Shown: positions 19,749-31,426 of the stretch, in pieces
How the letters are laid out: every line of letters starts with the position of its first letter
Numbering within the stretch: the first letter of the stretch is position 1
From: an uncultured Clostridia bacterium
GTDB taxonomy: Bacteria > Bacillota > Clostridia > Oscillospirales > CAG-272
Direction of reading: 5' to 3'
DNA: 64,000 nucleotides
NCBI GenBank assembly: GCA_944381095.1
Contig: CALWJW010000001.1
Location: 1,987 to 65,986, forward strand
Made by a program: the position numbers and the translations under genes
The notes under the pieces: generated by a model
Seen by the model: only the letters and a program-made list of their open reading frames with translations
Told to the model about the DNA's origin: nothing
Databases searched by the model: none

Positions 19749-19777
19749 TTGACAAAAATAAAAATGTGTGGTATACT
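19749..19777 (+). promoter_or_regulatory. consensus promoter of the ylxM-ffh operon
   Basis: TTGACA, a 17-nt spacer, TGgTATACT. Confidence 0.7.
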
Positions 19778-19833
19778 CTGTAAAGTGATTTGCTTTACAG
19801 CAATTTACCGGCGCGTACAAGGGGGGGAGCTGC

Positions 19834-20163
19834 ATGAAGATAGATATGGTTTACCTGTATGACCTCTATGCCCCGCTGCTGAGTGAGAGACAAAGGGAAA
19901 TACTTAACCTCTTGTATAATGAAGATGAATCGCTGTCTGAAATTTCGGAAAACATCGGAATAACAAGACAGGGAGTAAGGGACTACATAGTCAAATCCGA
20001 AGCACTCCTGTCAGGTTTTGAAAACGCACTGCATCTGCATAAAAAGCTGACTGAGCTCAGCGAATATGTCGATGAGCTAAAGGAACTGGCGGAGAAAACG
20101 GGTGCCGACGGGCAACTGAAAATTAAGATATCAGCACTGAAAGATAAACTCTTTCAGCAGTAA
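19834..20163 (+). CDS. ylxM: YlxM/UPF0122 putative DNA-binding protein
   Basis: 109 aa with a sigma-70 region-4-like HTH (SLSEISENIGITRQGVRDYI). It sits directly upstream of ffh, as in Bacillus. Confidence 0.8.
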   Translation: MKIDMVYLYDLYAPLLSERQREILNLLYNEDESLSEISENIGITRQGVRDYIVKSEALLSGFENALHLHKKLTELSEYVDELKELAEKTGADGQLKIKISALKDKLFQQ

Positions 20164-20179
20164 ACGGGAGGATTTATAA

Positions 20180-21523
20180 TTGTTCCAGAGTCTGACTGAT
20201 AAACTGGCGGAAGCATTCAAAAAATTCAGAAGTAAAGGGAAACTTACCGAAGCCGACGTAAAAACGGGTATGCGTGAAATAAAACTTGCGCTTCTGGAAG
20301 CTGATGTCAACTTCAAGGTGGTAAGGGATTTCATAAAAACCGTGACGGAGAGGGCTGTCGGAGCTCAGGTGCTTGAAAGCCTGATGCCGGCACAGCAGAT
20401 AGTAAAAATCGTAAATGAAGAACTTACAGCGCTGATGGGAAGCACAAACGCAAAGCTTACCATTTCACCCAAACCTCCGACAGTAGTGATGATGTGCGGA
20501 CTTCAGGGCTCGGGAAAGACAACGCATACCGGAAAATTGGCACTGATGTATAAAAAACAGGGGAAACATCCTCTTATGGTCGCGTGCGATGTATACCGTC
20601 CGGCAGCAATTTCACAGTTGCAGACGCTCGGAGAGCAGATAGGGGTACCGGTTTTCACTCTGGGCGACAAGGTAAGTCCGGTTCAGATAGCAAAAGAAGC
20701 TGTGTCATATGCACAGAAGAACGGAAACGATATGGTGTTTCTGGACACAGCAGGACGTTTACAGATAGACGAAGTGCTGATGAATGAGTTAAAGAAGATA
20801 AAAGAGGGGGTAAATCCTACCGAAATTCTTCTTGTCGTCAACTCAATGATCGGTCAGGAGTCGGTAAACGTAGCGGAAACATTCAACAATATGCTGGATA
20901 TAACCGGTGTTATACTTACAATGCTTGACGGTGACACTCGCGGCGGAGCAGCGCTCTCCATCAGATGCGTGACCGGAAAACCGATAAAATTTGTCGGTAC
21001 CGGTGAAAAAATGGACGCGATAGAGCCTTTTTATCCGGACAGAATGGCGTCAAGGATACTGGGAATGGGAGACGTGCTGTCTCTGATAGAAAAGGCGGAG
21101 CAGCTGTACGACCAGAAACAGGCGGAGGAGATGGAAAAGAAGATACGAGAGTCTTCCTTTACGCTTGAAGATTATCTGGAACAGTTCAAGCAAGTCCGGA
21201 AAATGGGTTCGATGGATCAGATAATGGCTATGCTTCCGGGAGTAAAACCGGGGGCGCTAAAGGACGCCAAAATTGACGAAAAGCAAATAGACCGGATGGA
21301 AGCGATCATTTTATCGATGACAAAGAAGGAGAGAATAAAACCGGATATCCTGAACGGTTCAAGGAAAAAGAGAATAGCGGAAGGAAGCGGAACGTCGGTT
21401 GAAGAAGTCAACAAACTGCTTAGTCAGTACGCACAGGTCAATAAACTGATGAAGCAGATGGCTTCCGGAAAACTCGGTATGCTCGGAAATCTGTTCGGAA
21501 AGAAAAACAAATTTCAGTTCTGA
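20180..21523 (+). CDS. ffh: signal recognition particle protein Ffh
   Basis: 447 aa. A TTG start lies 8 nt after GGGAGG. It has GLQGSGKTT, DTAGR, TMLDGD and a Met-rich M domain. Confidence 0.95.
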   Translation: MFQSLTDKLAEAFKKFRSKGKLTEADVKTGMREIKLALLEADVNFKVVRDFIKTVTERAVGAQVLESLMPAQQIVKIVNEELTALMGSTNAKLTISPKPPTVVMMCGLQGSGKTTHTGKLALMYKKQGKHPLMVACDVYRPAAISQLQTLGEQIGVPVFTLGDKVSPVQIAKEAVSYAQKNGNDMVFLDTAGRLQIDEVLMNELKKIKEGVNPTEILLVVNSMIGQESVNVAETFNNMLDITGVILTMLDGDTRGGAALSIRCVTGKPIKFVGTGEKMDAIEPFYPDRMASRILGMGDVLSLIEKAEQLYDQKQAEEMEKKIRESSFTLEDYLEQFKQVRKMGSMDQIMAMLPGVKPGALKDAKIDEKQIDRMEAIILSMTKKERIKPDILNGSRKKRIAEGSGTSVEEVNKLLSQYAQVNKLMKQMASGKLGMLGNLFGKKNKFQF

Positions 21524-21681
21524 GCGGCAAAAATGATTTATGGCATTTCGTAAAGTCAGCCGTTTGCAAAAGCCAATCGCAGACAGGATGGGTTTTGAAG
21601 TCGGACGCAAGAAAAGAGATAATTAAACGGCAATAAGCCATTTAACTATATTAAAAACAATCAAATTCGGAGGAAGAAAAA

Positions 21682-21921
21682 ATGGTTAAGATCAGACTCA
21701 AAAGAATAGGTGCGAAGAAAAATCCCTTTTACCGCATAGTGGTGGCGGATTCGCGTTATCCCCGTGACGGAAGGTTTATAGAGGAGATCGGAACATACGA
21801 TCCCACTGCGGAGCCGGTAGCTGTAAAGATAGACGCCGAAAAGGCGACAAAATGGATAGCAAACGGAGCGCAGCCGACCGAAACGGTAGCGGCACTGCTT
21901 AAAAAGAACAACATAATCTGA
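21682..21921 (+). CDS. rpsP: 30S ribosomal protein S16
   Basis: 79 aa beginning [25 protein letters not shown]. Confidence 0.95.
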   Translation: MVKIRLKRIGAKKNPFYRIVVADSRYPRDGRFIEEIGTYDPTAEPVAVKIDAEKATKWIANGAQPTETVAALLKKNNII

Positions 21922-21940
21922 AAAAGGAAGGCAAAATAAA

Positions 21941-22216
21941 GTGGTAGAACTCAGCAGTGTACTTACAGAGATAGTAAAGCCGCTTGTAACCTGCCCGGAT
22001 AAAGTCAGGATCATTGAAACTGTGTCCGGCAAAGAGGTTCTCCTTCAACTCAGCGTGTCGCCCGAAGATATGGGAAAAGTCATAGGACGTCACGGAAAAA
22101 TAGCCAAGGCCATCAGAATCCTGATGAGAGCAGCGGCAATTCCGGACGGTATGCACGTGAGAGTTGACATAGTCGATGCGGACGAAATAAATGACGCCGG
22201 AGCTGACGTCGAATGA
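21941..22216 (+). CDS. KH domain RNA-binding protein (YlqC-like)
   Basis: 91 aa with a GTG start after AAGGAAGG. The KH GxxG loop is VIGRHGKIAKAIR. Its position after rpsP is conserved. Confidence 0.85.
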   Translation: MVELSSVLTEIVKPLVTCPDKVRIIETVSGKEVLLQLSVSPEDMGKVIGRHGKIAKAIRILMRAAAIPDGMHVRVDIVDADEINDAGADVE

Positions 22217-22251
22217 CGGTTCGGCGGAAAATTTCAGAATGATTGATAATC

Positions 22252-22309
22252 AAAAACCGGGGATTTAAGTCAGATACGGATTTTCGTATCAACTTATCCC
22301 CGGTTTTTT
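22252..22309. terminator. bidirectional terminator shared by the rpsP-KH unit and the convergent kinase gene
   Basis: AAAAACCGGGGAT (22252-22264) pairs with ATCCCCGGTTTTT (22296-22308). The inner hairpin is GATACG/CGTATC. It is flanked by an A-run and a T-run. Confidence 0.6.
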
Positions 22310-22450
22310 ATAACTCAGTTCAGGATACTCTGTCGGATGAAAAACAAAATAATCAGAAAGAGAAAAACACGCAGAAAAGAAAAAAGAAAAGTTTTGAATG
22401 TGTGGAGAAATTTTCAAAGTGACCAAACAAATGACGCTCGGAAAGAAAAA

Positions 22451-22969
22451 TTATTTTACGGAACCGAGCATACGGCCAAGTAGCTCTGTGAATTCCGATT
22501 CGGCGTCGGCAATGGTACCGTCGTTGCGATAAGTATAATCGTAATTGTAATTTTCAACCAGGTCGTCTGAGGAGTTACCGTAAGAGTCTTTACATCTCGA
22601 AGAAGTCACGAGAAGAGTTTTGCAGTTTCCGCCTGATTTGTCTACCTTTTTTCTGAACTTTTCAATTTCTTCCGGTTCCCTTATGTGAACGAACAGTATC
22701 TCATAACTTGAAGACAGAAAGTCAAGGTATTTGCCATAGATATATTCGGTCGGAAGGTCATTGTAGTCAGTGAAAAGTTTTTTCAGATCGGCAAGGAATT
22801 TTCTCGACTTGTCGTCTTTCCCGCCGTTCCAGCCGCCGAGAGCGGCGATTTTTTTTACAGGATCAATTGAAGAAACATTCATAGTTCTGAAATGCCTTGA
22901 AGCAATTTCACAAAGTGTGTCTTTTCCGGCACCGCCTTTGCCGTTAATGATAACAGTCAGCTTTTTCAT
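22451..22969 (-). CDS. small P-loop nucleotide kinase-like protein (dNMP-kinase-like)
   Basis: 172 aa with Walker A GKGGAGKDT. The SSIDPVKKIAALGGWNGGKDDKSRKFLADL region resembles phage-type dNMP kinases (from memory). The SD is AAGGAGAAGG. Confidence 0.65.
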   Translation of the reverse strand: MKKLTVIINGKGGAGKDTLCEIASRHFRTMNVSSIDPVKKIAALGGWNGGKDDKSRKFLADLKKLFTDYNDLPTEYIYGKYLDFLSSSYEILFVHIREPEEIEKFRKKVDKSGGNCKTLLVTSSRCKDSYGNSSDDLVENYNYDYTYRNDGTIADAESEFTELLGRMLGSVK

Positions 22970-23211
22970 TATCAGAAGCCTTCTCCTTAATGGTTTATGA
23001 CAGCATCAAAGCCTGATTATCCGGTTTCAGAATTTCAGACTTCATGTTACTTTTTAATAATGCCCTCTATAACTGTATATATTGTAGCACGCGGATTGAA
23101 ATTTTTCAAGAGTAAAATTGAAAATTGCCACAAAACAGGTTAATATAATGTTCACAAAAAATTTTTAAATATTCCTTTAATAGCGCATACAATAATGGTA
23201 AAATCAAGTCG

Positions 23212-23238
23212 TTAGCACTTAGGTAAGCAGAGTGCTAA
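23212..23238 (+). promoter_or_regulatory. CIRCE operator (HrcA binding site)
   Basis: TTAGCACTT-N9-GAGTGCTAA, one mismatch from the consensus TTAGCACTC-N9-GAGTGCTAA, 24 nt upstream of the hrcA start. Confidence 0.9.
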
Positions 23239-23261
23239 AAGCTTTAAAAGGAGGCGTCGGT

Positions 23262-24311
23262 ATGGAAGACATTATGGAGCTTTCAGAGCGTCAGAAAATG
23301 ATACTGAAAGCAATAATCGACGCACATATAGAAAGCGGAGAACCTGTGGGCTCCAAAGTGCTGGCGGCAGAACTTCCGGTTACGCTGTCAAGCGCAACGA
23401 TAAGAAATGTAATGAGCGAACTTGAAAAGATGGGTTATCTTGAAAAGCCGCACACCTCAGCCGGAAGGGTACCGTCAGGTAAGGGATACCGACTTTACGT
23501 CAACAGCCTGATGAACAGATACGCATTGTCGGGTATTGACAAAAAGGTTCTTGACAGTGCGGAAACATCACAGATAGTCAGCGTGGACAGTTTGCTGAAA
23601 AAGGCGGCGCACGCAGTGTCTGAGTTTACCGACTACACAGCCCTTGCAGTAAAGCCGAGGCACAAAAGAGTGCTTGCCATGAACTTCAAGATGCTGCCGA
23701 TGAATGACTACGGGGTGCTGATGATAATCCGGACATCGATAGGCATAGTCAAGACGAGATTTATTGAAATGGGTTTCAAGGTAAGCGAGGATATTTCTTT
23801 CAAGCTTGAAAAGGTACTCAATGAAAAGCTGTCGGGAGTAAGTACCGAGGACGTTACGCCGTCACTTGTATCGGAAATGGAGAAAGAACTGTCTGGGGTA
23901 TCTCCGCTTCTAATACCTGTTATGCGTGCGTTCATGGAAGAGATAGGTACACTCAACGGCGGAGAGCTAAGTATTGACGGAGTCAATAAAATGCTGAAAT
24001 ATCCGGAGTATGCAAGTCTTGAAGGAATGAAAGATGTTCTTTCGGTTCTTGAAAAAAAAGATTACATTCTCGGAATGGTATCCTCAGCGGAAAAGGACAC
24101 AATAAATATATGTATAAGTCCGGAATCCGAGCAGTCACAGCTGAAAGGGACATCTCTGGTTTTTAAAACCATAACGGAAAACAATCTTCCGGTTGCTGCA
24201 ATAGGAGTTATAGGACCAAACAGGATGGATTATCCGAAAGTCATATCGGGAGTGGAATACATCAGTGATAAAATCCAGGAAGCAATGAAAACAGACGGAA
24301 AGGGAAAATAG
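23262..24311 (+). CDS. hrcA: heat-inducible transcription repressor HrcA
   Basis: This is ORF 23232..24311 with the start moved to ATG 23262, which follows AGGAGG. It has a winged-helix N-terminus (ERQKMILKAIIDAHIESGEPVGSK) and a CIRCE site upstream. Confidence 0.9.
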   Translation: MEDIMELSERQKMILKAIIDAHIESGEPVGSKVLAAELPVTLSSATIRNVMSELEKMGYLEKPHTSAGRVPSGKGYRLYVNSLMNRYALSGIDKKVLDSAETSQIVSVDSLLKKAAHAVSEFTDYTALAVKPRHKRVLAMNFKMLPMNDYGVLMIIRTSIGIVKTRFIEMGFKVSEDISFKLEKVLNEKLSGVSTEDVTPSLVSEMEKELSGVSPLLIPVMRAFMEEIGTLNGGELSIDGVNKMLKYPEYASLEGMKDVLSVLEKKDYILGMVSSAEKDTINICISPESEQSQLKGTSLVFKTITENNLPVAAIGVIGPNRMDYPKVISGVEYISDKIQEAMKTDGKGK

Positions 24312-24325
24312 AAAAGGGAGGTGCA

Positions 24326-24934
24326 GTGATGTCGGAGGAAGAAATAAAAGAAGATCAGGAAGAGACAGATGCGACAGATCGTCTATGCGACGTTGCAGGA
24401 GGAGAAGATAATCGGGAACAGGAAGAAAAGAAGGAAAAAACAGATAAAAGACATAAAAATACAAGCCGGGAGCTGGAAACAAAGCTGTTGACTCTTGAAA
24501 GCGAAAACGAAAAACTGAAAGAGGAACTTAAAGGCGCCGAAGATAAGTATCTCAGACTTTACGCCGAGTATGAAAATTTCAGAAAGCGTACCGCAAAGGA
24601 AAAAGAAGGGATTTACGGCGATGCTTACTCAGACGCAGTAACAGAAGTGTTGCCGATAGCGGATACACTTGAAATAGCGGCGGAATGCGAAGGGGATAAG
24701 GTAGTCGAAGGAGTTAGGATGACTCTGAAACAGTTTACAGAGACGCTGAAAAAGCTCGGAATAGAAGAAATCCAAACTGTTAAGGGTGACGAGTTTGACC
24801 CGGGAGTGCACAATGCGGTGATGAGTGAGGATGACGGAGAAGTAAAGACAGGGTGCGTCGTACGGGTTTTGAGAAAAGGTTACAGAAAAGGAGACAAGGT
24901 GATAAGGTACGCCATGGTCTCGGTAGCAAACTGA
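24326..24934 (+). CDS. grpE: nucleotide exchange factor GrpE
   Basis: 202 aa with an acidic N-terminus, a coiled coil (YLRLYAEYENFRKR) and a C-terminal beta domain. The start is GTG 24326 or ATG 24329, after GGGAGGTG. Confidence 0.9.
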   Translation: MMSEEEIKEDQEETDATDRLCDVAGGEDNREQEEKKEKTDKRHKNTSRELETKLLTLESENEKLKEELKGAEDKYLRLYAEYENFRKRTAKEKEGIYGDAYSDAVTEVLPIADTLEIAAECEGDKVVEGVRMTLKQFTETLKKLGIEEIQTVKGDEFDPGVHNAVMSEDDGEVKTGCVVRVLRKGYRKGDKVIRYAMVSVAN

Positions 24935-24988
24935 AAAATCCCGACCGTGAAAAGCGGCGGATTAAATTATATACATCATATATGGTAA

Positions 24989-26857
<1,869 letters not shown>

Positions 26858-27296
26858 TCCGGAACTGTATATTGTGATTTTCGGTTATCATCCGATACTT
26901 TGGTAAGTGTAAGCTTTGCTACGAAAGCAGCGACGCAAAATTATCCGGATTACGGTTGATTTTAATCAAAGATTGAGGCGCGTGCATTTTCAATTGATTT
27001 TGCATCATATCCGGACTAAACCTTTTGTATTATAACGAGTGATTCCGAGCGCCGTAAATTATCAGATTACAGATCCGATGATGTCAGGTTCACGGCTGTC
27101 CGTGTTTTGAATAACCCTGAAACGGAAATTCGCCGAACGTTTAATATGCGTCTGGTTAACAAAGTCAGAAATCGGGTACCGTCAGACTATGTAAAATAGT
27201 TGAGATGAGTCCGACCGATACCGGTTTCCGTATAAACGTAAAAAATATTAAGTAATAAATCCCGGCAAGTAACGCATGCCGGGATTTATTGTAAAC

Positions 27297-27327
27297 AAAA
27301 AACCACGCGATGGTCGCGTGGTTTTTT
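27297..27327. terminator. bidirectional intrinsic terminator between dnaK and the GT operon
   Basis: AAAAAA-CCACGCGA-tgg-TCGCGTGG-TTTTTT. A second 11-bp hairpin AAATCCCGGCA/TGCCGGGATTT lies just upstream at 27257-27287. Confidence 0.75.
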
Positions 27328-27486
27328 ATAACGTAATTAGCAGGATCAGCAAGGCAAAACGATCTCAAAAGAAAAGTAATTATCAGCTGTCAATGGAATT
27401 GCTTGCCGTCCGGGAAGTCGGATAATAAGCTTTGTTTTATTTAAAAAATCAGAATATCCGGCTTTTTATCCGTTGATCGTAACACA

Positions 27487-28803
27487 TCAGAACATTTGAA
27501 GTTCAAAGTAAGGTAAATGTTTAAGATAATTTTCGTCTGTGAGTTTCAACTCGCAAAGCCTTCCTATAACAACATCCTGGTAATCCGGTTGCCACGTGCC
27601 GTCAATCATGCTTTTGAAAAATCCTAGATATTTTTCCGCATTCCTGTTGATCTCAAAATTTTCTTTTGCATAGTCAAAGGCATTCTGACTGTATTTTTCC
27701 AATGTCTTTTTATTTTTTGACATTGTACATATTGCCTTGAATATATCATCGGTTTCATTATCGTCATATCTTACTTTTAATGCGACCGAATCGGGAAATT
27801 CAGAAAACGTACCGATATCGGTCGTTATTATAGGTTTACCCATACCGAGCATTCGGTGGATGCTTCCGGAGCTCTCGCCCTGGGTAGGATACCTCAGGTT
27901 TATGCAAATGTCGCACAGCTTGATGTAGTTTTTGAATTCGTCCAGTGTAACGAAGCCTGTGATTCTGACATTTTCAGATAAGCCGCACTCTGCTATTTTC
28001 CGTTCCAGATTCATAGAGGGAGAAACTTCTCCTACAATGTAATACAAGAACTTGTCTGTTACTTCTTTTTTGTATTTCGAACAAGCATCTATTATCTGAA
28101 TTATCCGCTTAGTCGGTGTGGCAAAGCCAAACGAACCCAGAACCAGAATATCGTCGGAAATTCCTGATTTTTTTCTTGCTGCTGCCGTTTCGTTTTTGCG
28201 GTCTTCAAGAAATTCGGCTGAATGGTGTGGAATTTTCACGATCGGCTTGGTATCGCAGATTCCCAATGCCATCTGTTTTGACATTTCTGAATGCACAATT
28301 AAGCCGGATGCGCTTTCTATGATTTTTCTTGCCATATTCAGTTCAAGCGGGTATTGCTCCCAAGGTGCCTGTCCGCCGTACTTAAAAAATTTCTTTGCAA
28401 TCTCAGTTCCTTTTTTTCCGTGACAGTACTCTACATAGTCAAGATATGCATCAATTCCTTTTCTGTCAAGAACACTTTCGGCAACCAGATGATGAAGACC
28501 GATTTCGTGAAGCTCGACGACGCCGGGGTATTTCATCAGCATTTCAACGATTTGTCCGTGGTATGTGTAATTGTTACCGATCTGATAAACTATCAGGTCA
28601 AGACTTTCGCGGATCTTTTTATCATTTAACTTTGAAAGTGTGTGTACCTCAAAATCGTTCAGAATATTCTTACTTGAAACCTTTTCCGGTGAAAAGATCA
28701 CAACATCTATATTCTGATTTTTCAGTGCGGGCACGAGCTCCTCGCTGAAATCAGAAATACCGGATTTCATCGGATTGAAAGGAGAACAATATCCTATTCT
28801 CAT
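27487..28803 (-). CDS. glycosyltransferase (GT4/GT1 fold)
   Basis: This is ORF 27487..28818 with the start moved to MRIGYCSPFNPMKSGISDFSEELV, which follows AGGTGA. It has the C-terminal GT-B EX7E-like region (GESSGSIHRMLGMGKPII). Confidence 0.8.
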   Translation of the reverse strand: MRIGYCSPFNPMKSGISDFSEELVPALKNQNIDVVIFSPEKVSSKNILNDFEVHTLSKLNDKKIRESLDLIVYQIGNNYTYHGQIVEMLMKYPGVVELHEIGLHHLVAESVLDRKGIDAYLDYVEYCHGKKGTEIAKKFFKYGGQAPWEQYPLELNMARKIIESASGLIVHSEMSKQMALGICDTKPIVKIPHHSAEFLEDRKNETAAARKKSGISDDILVLGSFGFATPTKRIIQIIDACSKYKKEVTDKFLYYIVGEVSPSMNLERKIAECGLSENVRITGFVTLDEFKNYIKLCDICINLRYPTQGESSGSIHRMLGMGKPIITTDIGTFSEFPDSVALKVRYDDNETDDIFKAICTMSKNKKTLEKYSQNAFDYAKENFEINRNAEKYLGFFKSMIDGTWQPDYQDVVIGRLCELKLTDENYLKHLPYFELQMF

Positions 28804-28814
28804 TTTATCACCTT

Positions 28815-29864
28815 TCACCTTACAGATTTTGTGAGTTCATCGATAACATTGTCCCAACAAATATCTTTAACAACGTCGTATCCTGAACAACCCATTTCTT
28901 CTGCCGTTTTTTTATTTTTGTAGAGTTCTTCGAATTTTTCGCCGAGCTCTTCCGGTAAGACATCACAAATAAATCCGTTTTCGCCGTTTTTTACAAATTC
29001 AAGCACGCCGCCGGAATCACGACAGGTAACTATCGGCTTTTTGGAAAGAAATGCTTCCAGAGTTATATAGCCGTAATCTTCGTCGATGGGGGGAAAACAA
29101 ACTCCGAGACATTCTGAATAAAGTTTAAGGAGTTCGTCATCCGGCACAAAACCGAGGAATCTGACTCTGTCTGACACCCCCAGACTGTCTGCGAGCTTTT
29201 TCAGATTATCCATCTCATTGCCTTTTCCCGCAATGACAGCCGTTATCTTTTTGTCACAGTATTGCAAAGCTTTGATTATCAGGTCGACTCTTTTAGTGCT
29301 GTCAAGTCTGCCGACGGAAAGTATATAGTCACCCATTGATTCAAAATAATATCTTCCCGCAAGTGACGGCGGATGATAAAGCGGGGTCGATTCTATGCCG
29401 TTGAAATGTTTCAGCCTCTGCGTAACATTTTTGGAAATGGTGTATCTGTCTTTGAATTCACTTATCCCGAGGGTGTCAAGAAAAGTTATTTTCTTTATCA
29501 TTTCTTCTCCGCCGGCAACAGTATGAAAGCCTCCTGCCTGTACGCTGTTTGCCAGATCGTACGCCGCCCGGTGCTGATGCATAAGCCACAACATCTTGTT
29601 TTTATGTTTTACCATGAAAGTAGGCGTTTTCAAGCAGATAACAAGATCGATCTTGCTGCCGTTTGATTCACTGAGATCAACAGTTCTCCACATTGCATAG
29701 GAATCCAGAAGACAGTTATTGGGATACCATTTGAACGGCAGAGAAACCATATCTGCCTCAAATCCCCTTTCCCTGAGTTTTGCGGTAAGGGTTTCAAGCA
29801 TTATTTCGGCTCCCCCGCGTATAAACGGTACCTGAGAATGAAGAACCGCCACTTTCTTTTTCAT
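28815..29864 (-). CDS. glycosyltransferase family 4
   Basis: This is ORF 28815..29993 with the start moved to ATG 29864 (MKKKVAVLHSQVPFIRGGAE), 8 nt after AAGGAG. It is GT-B, with FPPIDEDYGYITLEAFLSKKPIV. Confidence 0.8.
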   Translation of the reverse strand: MKKKVAVLHSQVPFIRGGAEIMLETLTAKLRERGFEADMVSLPFKWYPNNCLLDSYAMWRTVDLSESNGSKIDLVICLKTPTFMVKHKNKMLWLMHQHRAAYDLANSVQAGGFHTVAGGEEMIKKITFLDTLGISEFKDRYTISKNVTQRLKHFNGIESTPLYHPPSLAGRYYFESMGDYILSVGRLDSTKRVDLIIKALQYCDKKITAVIAGKGNEMDNLKKLADSLGVSDRVRFLGFVPDDELLKLYSECLGVCFPPIDEDYGYITLEAFLSKKPIVTCRDSGGVLEFVKNGENGFICDVLPEELGEKFEELYKNKKTAEEMGCSGYDVVKDICWDNVIDELTKSVR

Positions 29865-29869
29865 CGTCA

Positions 29870-31006
29870 TCACTCCTTGATAGCAATAATTGCATAGTCC
29901 ATGGGTCCATATAACTGACGTGCAATATTGTTTATAATCTTTTCGCAATCTTTGTAAGCTTCGTTTTCCGTACCGGAATTCAAATCCTTCCAACAGGAAT
30001 CCGGATTTGCTTCGATGATTCTGACTTGTTTATACCCGCACCAATCGAAATAATATTTTATCATTTCCGGCGGAAGAATTCGTTTATGTGTCGGATCATA
30101 GAAAAAAGTATTGGCTCCGACTGTGATATTGTCCGGATTCGGCGTTTCAAACAATACAATGCCTCCGGGTTTCAGCGCTTTTAGAGAGGATTTGAAAAGG
30201 TTCATAAGCTCTGACTGACGCAGATGCTCTATGATTTGTATGCCGGATATCATGTCGATGCTGTTTTCCGGCAATTCCTCAATGTATCTCACACAGTCGG
30301 TACACAATGTTTTATGCCCGTACTCTTCCGAAATGCTATTCTGGATTTTATTGAGATCTATTCCCACGTAATCGACAGCGCCGTTTTCCCTTATCACATC
30401 CAGCCATTCGCCTCTCCCGCTTCCTATGTCGACAAATCTGCACTTACTGAAATCCGGAAGATATTCCTTGACAACCGGAATATAAGATCTCAGCCTTTCG
30501 GTAATGTTATCCCTGGTTCCTCTGAAACGTTCCTCAAAGCAGTGATAAAACAGATCATCATCGCACGGAACATCCAGGCTTAATGATTTTTTGAATTCAT
30601 CGTTAAGTTGCCGGATACGGTTATTTGTTTCTTCCAGTTTAACGCTGACATTTTTTAATTCATCCCTGAGTTGCATCACCGAATCAATTAAAAGAGAATT
30701 GACTGATGTCTGTTGCTCGTAAACGGGGAAAATGTACCAACCGAAAAATATTCTGATCAGTTTTCTCAGCACTCTTTTGATGAAAGTCTTGATTTTTCCG
30801 TTTTGTATTGTGTGATAACCGTCTATCCGCTGTAATGACCTTGCGGTTGATAAGGTATTGTTGAGGGATTTGAAATCAGGAATGCAACCGGCAATTTCCG
30901 GTGATATTTCCTCATCAGTTTCAAGCACCTCGGATTTATAAGAGTTGTCGATCGCCAATTTCCTGTTTTTGACATTTCTTTGGAAATCTTTAAAGGTTAC
31001 GGACAT
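29870..31006 (-). CDS. class I SAM-dependent methyltransferase with N-terminal coiled-coil region
   Basis: 378 aa with the coiled segment LLIDSVMQLRDELKNVSVKLEETNNRIRQLNDEFKK, then FEERFRGTRDNITERLRSYIPV, SAM motif I VDIGSGRGEW, and LKPGGIVLFETPN. Confidence 0.8.
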   Translation of the reverse strand: MSVTFKDFQRNVKNRKLAIDNSYKSEVLETDEEISPEIAGCIPDFKSLNNTLSTARSLQRIDGYHTIQNGKIKTFIKRVLRKLIRIFFGWYIFPVYEQQTSVNSLLIDSVMQLRDELKNVSVKLEETNNRIRQLNDEFKKSLSLDVPCDDDLFYHCFEERFRGTRDNITERLRSYIPVVKEYLPDFSKCRFVDIGSGRGEWLDVIRENGAVDYVGIDLNKIQNSISEEYGHKTLCTDCVRYIEELPENSIDMISGIQIIEHLRQSELMNLFKSSLKALKPGGIVLFETPNPDNITVGANTFFYDPTHKRILPPEMIKYYFDWCGYKQVRIIEANPDSCWKDLNSGTENEAYKDCEKIINNIARQLYGPMDYAIIAIKE

Positions 31007-31370
31007 TTAACAGCTCCTCTCGGTATTTCATACGGTAAAATATTTCAGTTCCGGTTAATGCACAAAACGCAGTGCCCATCTGTATGGACTCTGTGTAGTT
31101 TTTGACTTATTCAAAGAAATATAACTGCGTAACATTATAACACACACCTTATTTTTTGTCAATATCCGCTTAAAAAATCACGTTTATCAGACACTTCATC
31201 AGATTTTGGATTTTTTTACAAAACAAGCCGGTTTATACGGATAAGCCAAAGCAGACACGGCAGCATCAGATTACAAATGTCGGGATTGCATAGTGCGATT
31301 ACAATTAAGAGGGCGGACGGAGAAAGTAACTGATACAAAGTTGAACAAGTATTTTTAGTGACGTTAAATA

Positions 31371-31399
31371 TTGACAATCAAATATAAAAGTGTTATAAG
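31371..31399 (+). promoter_or_regulatory. candidate GH92 promoter
   Basis: TTGACA, a 17-nt spacer, TGtTATAAG. Confidence 0.6.
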
Positions 31400-31426
31400 T
31401 AAAAGAGTGAAGAAAGAGGTGATCAT

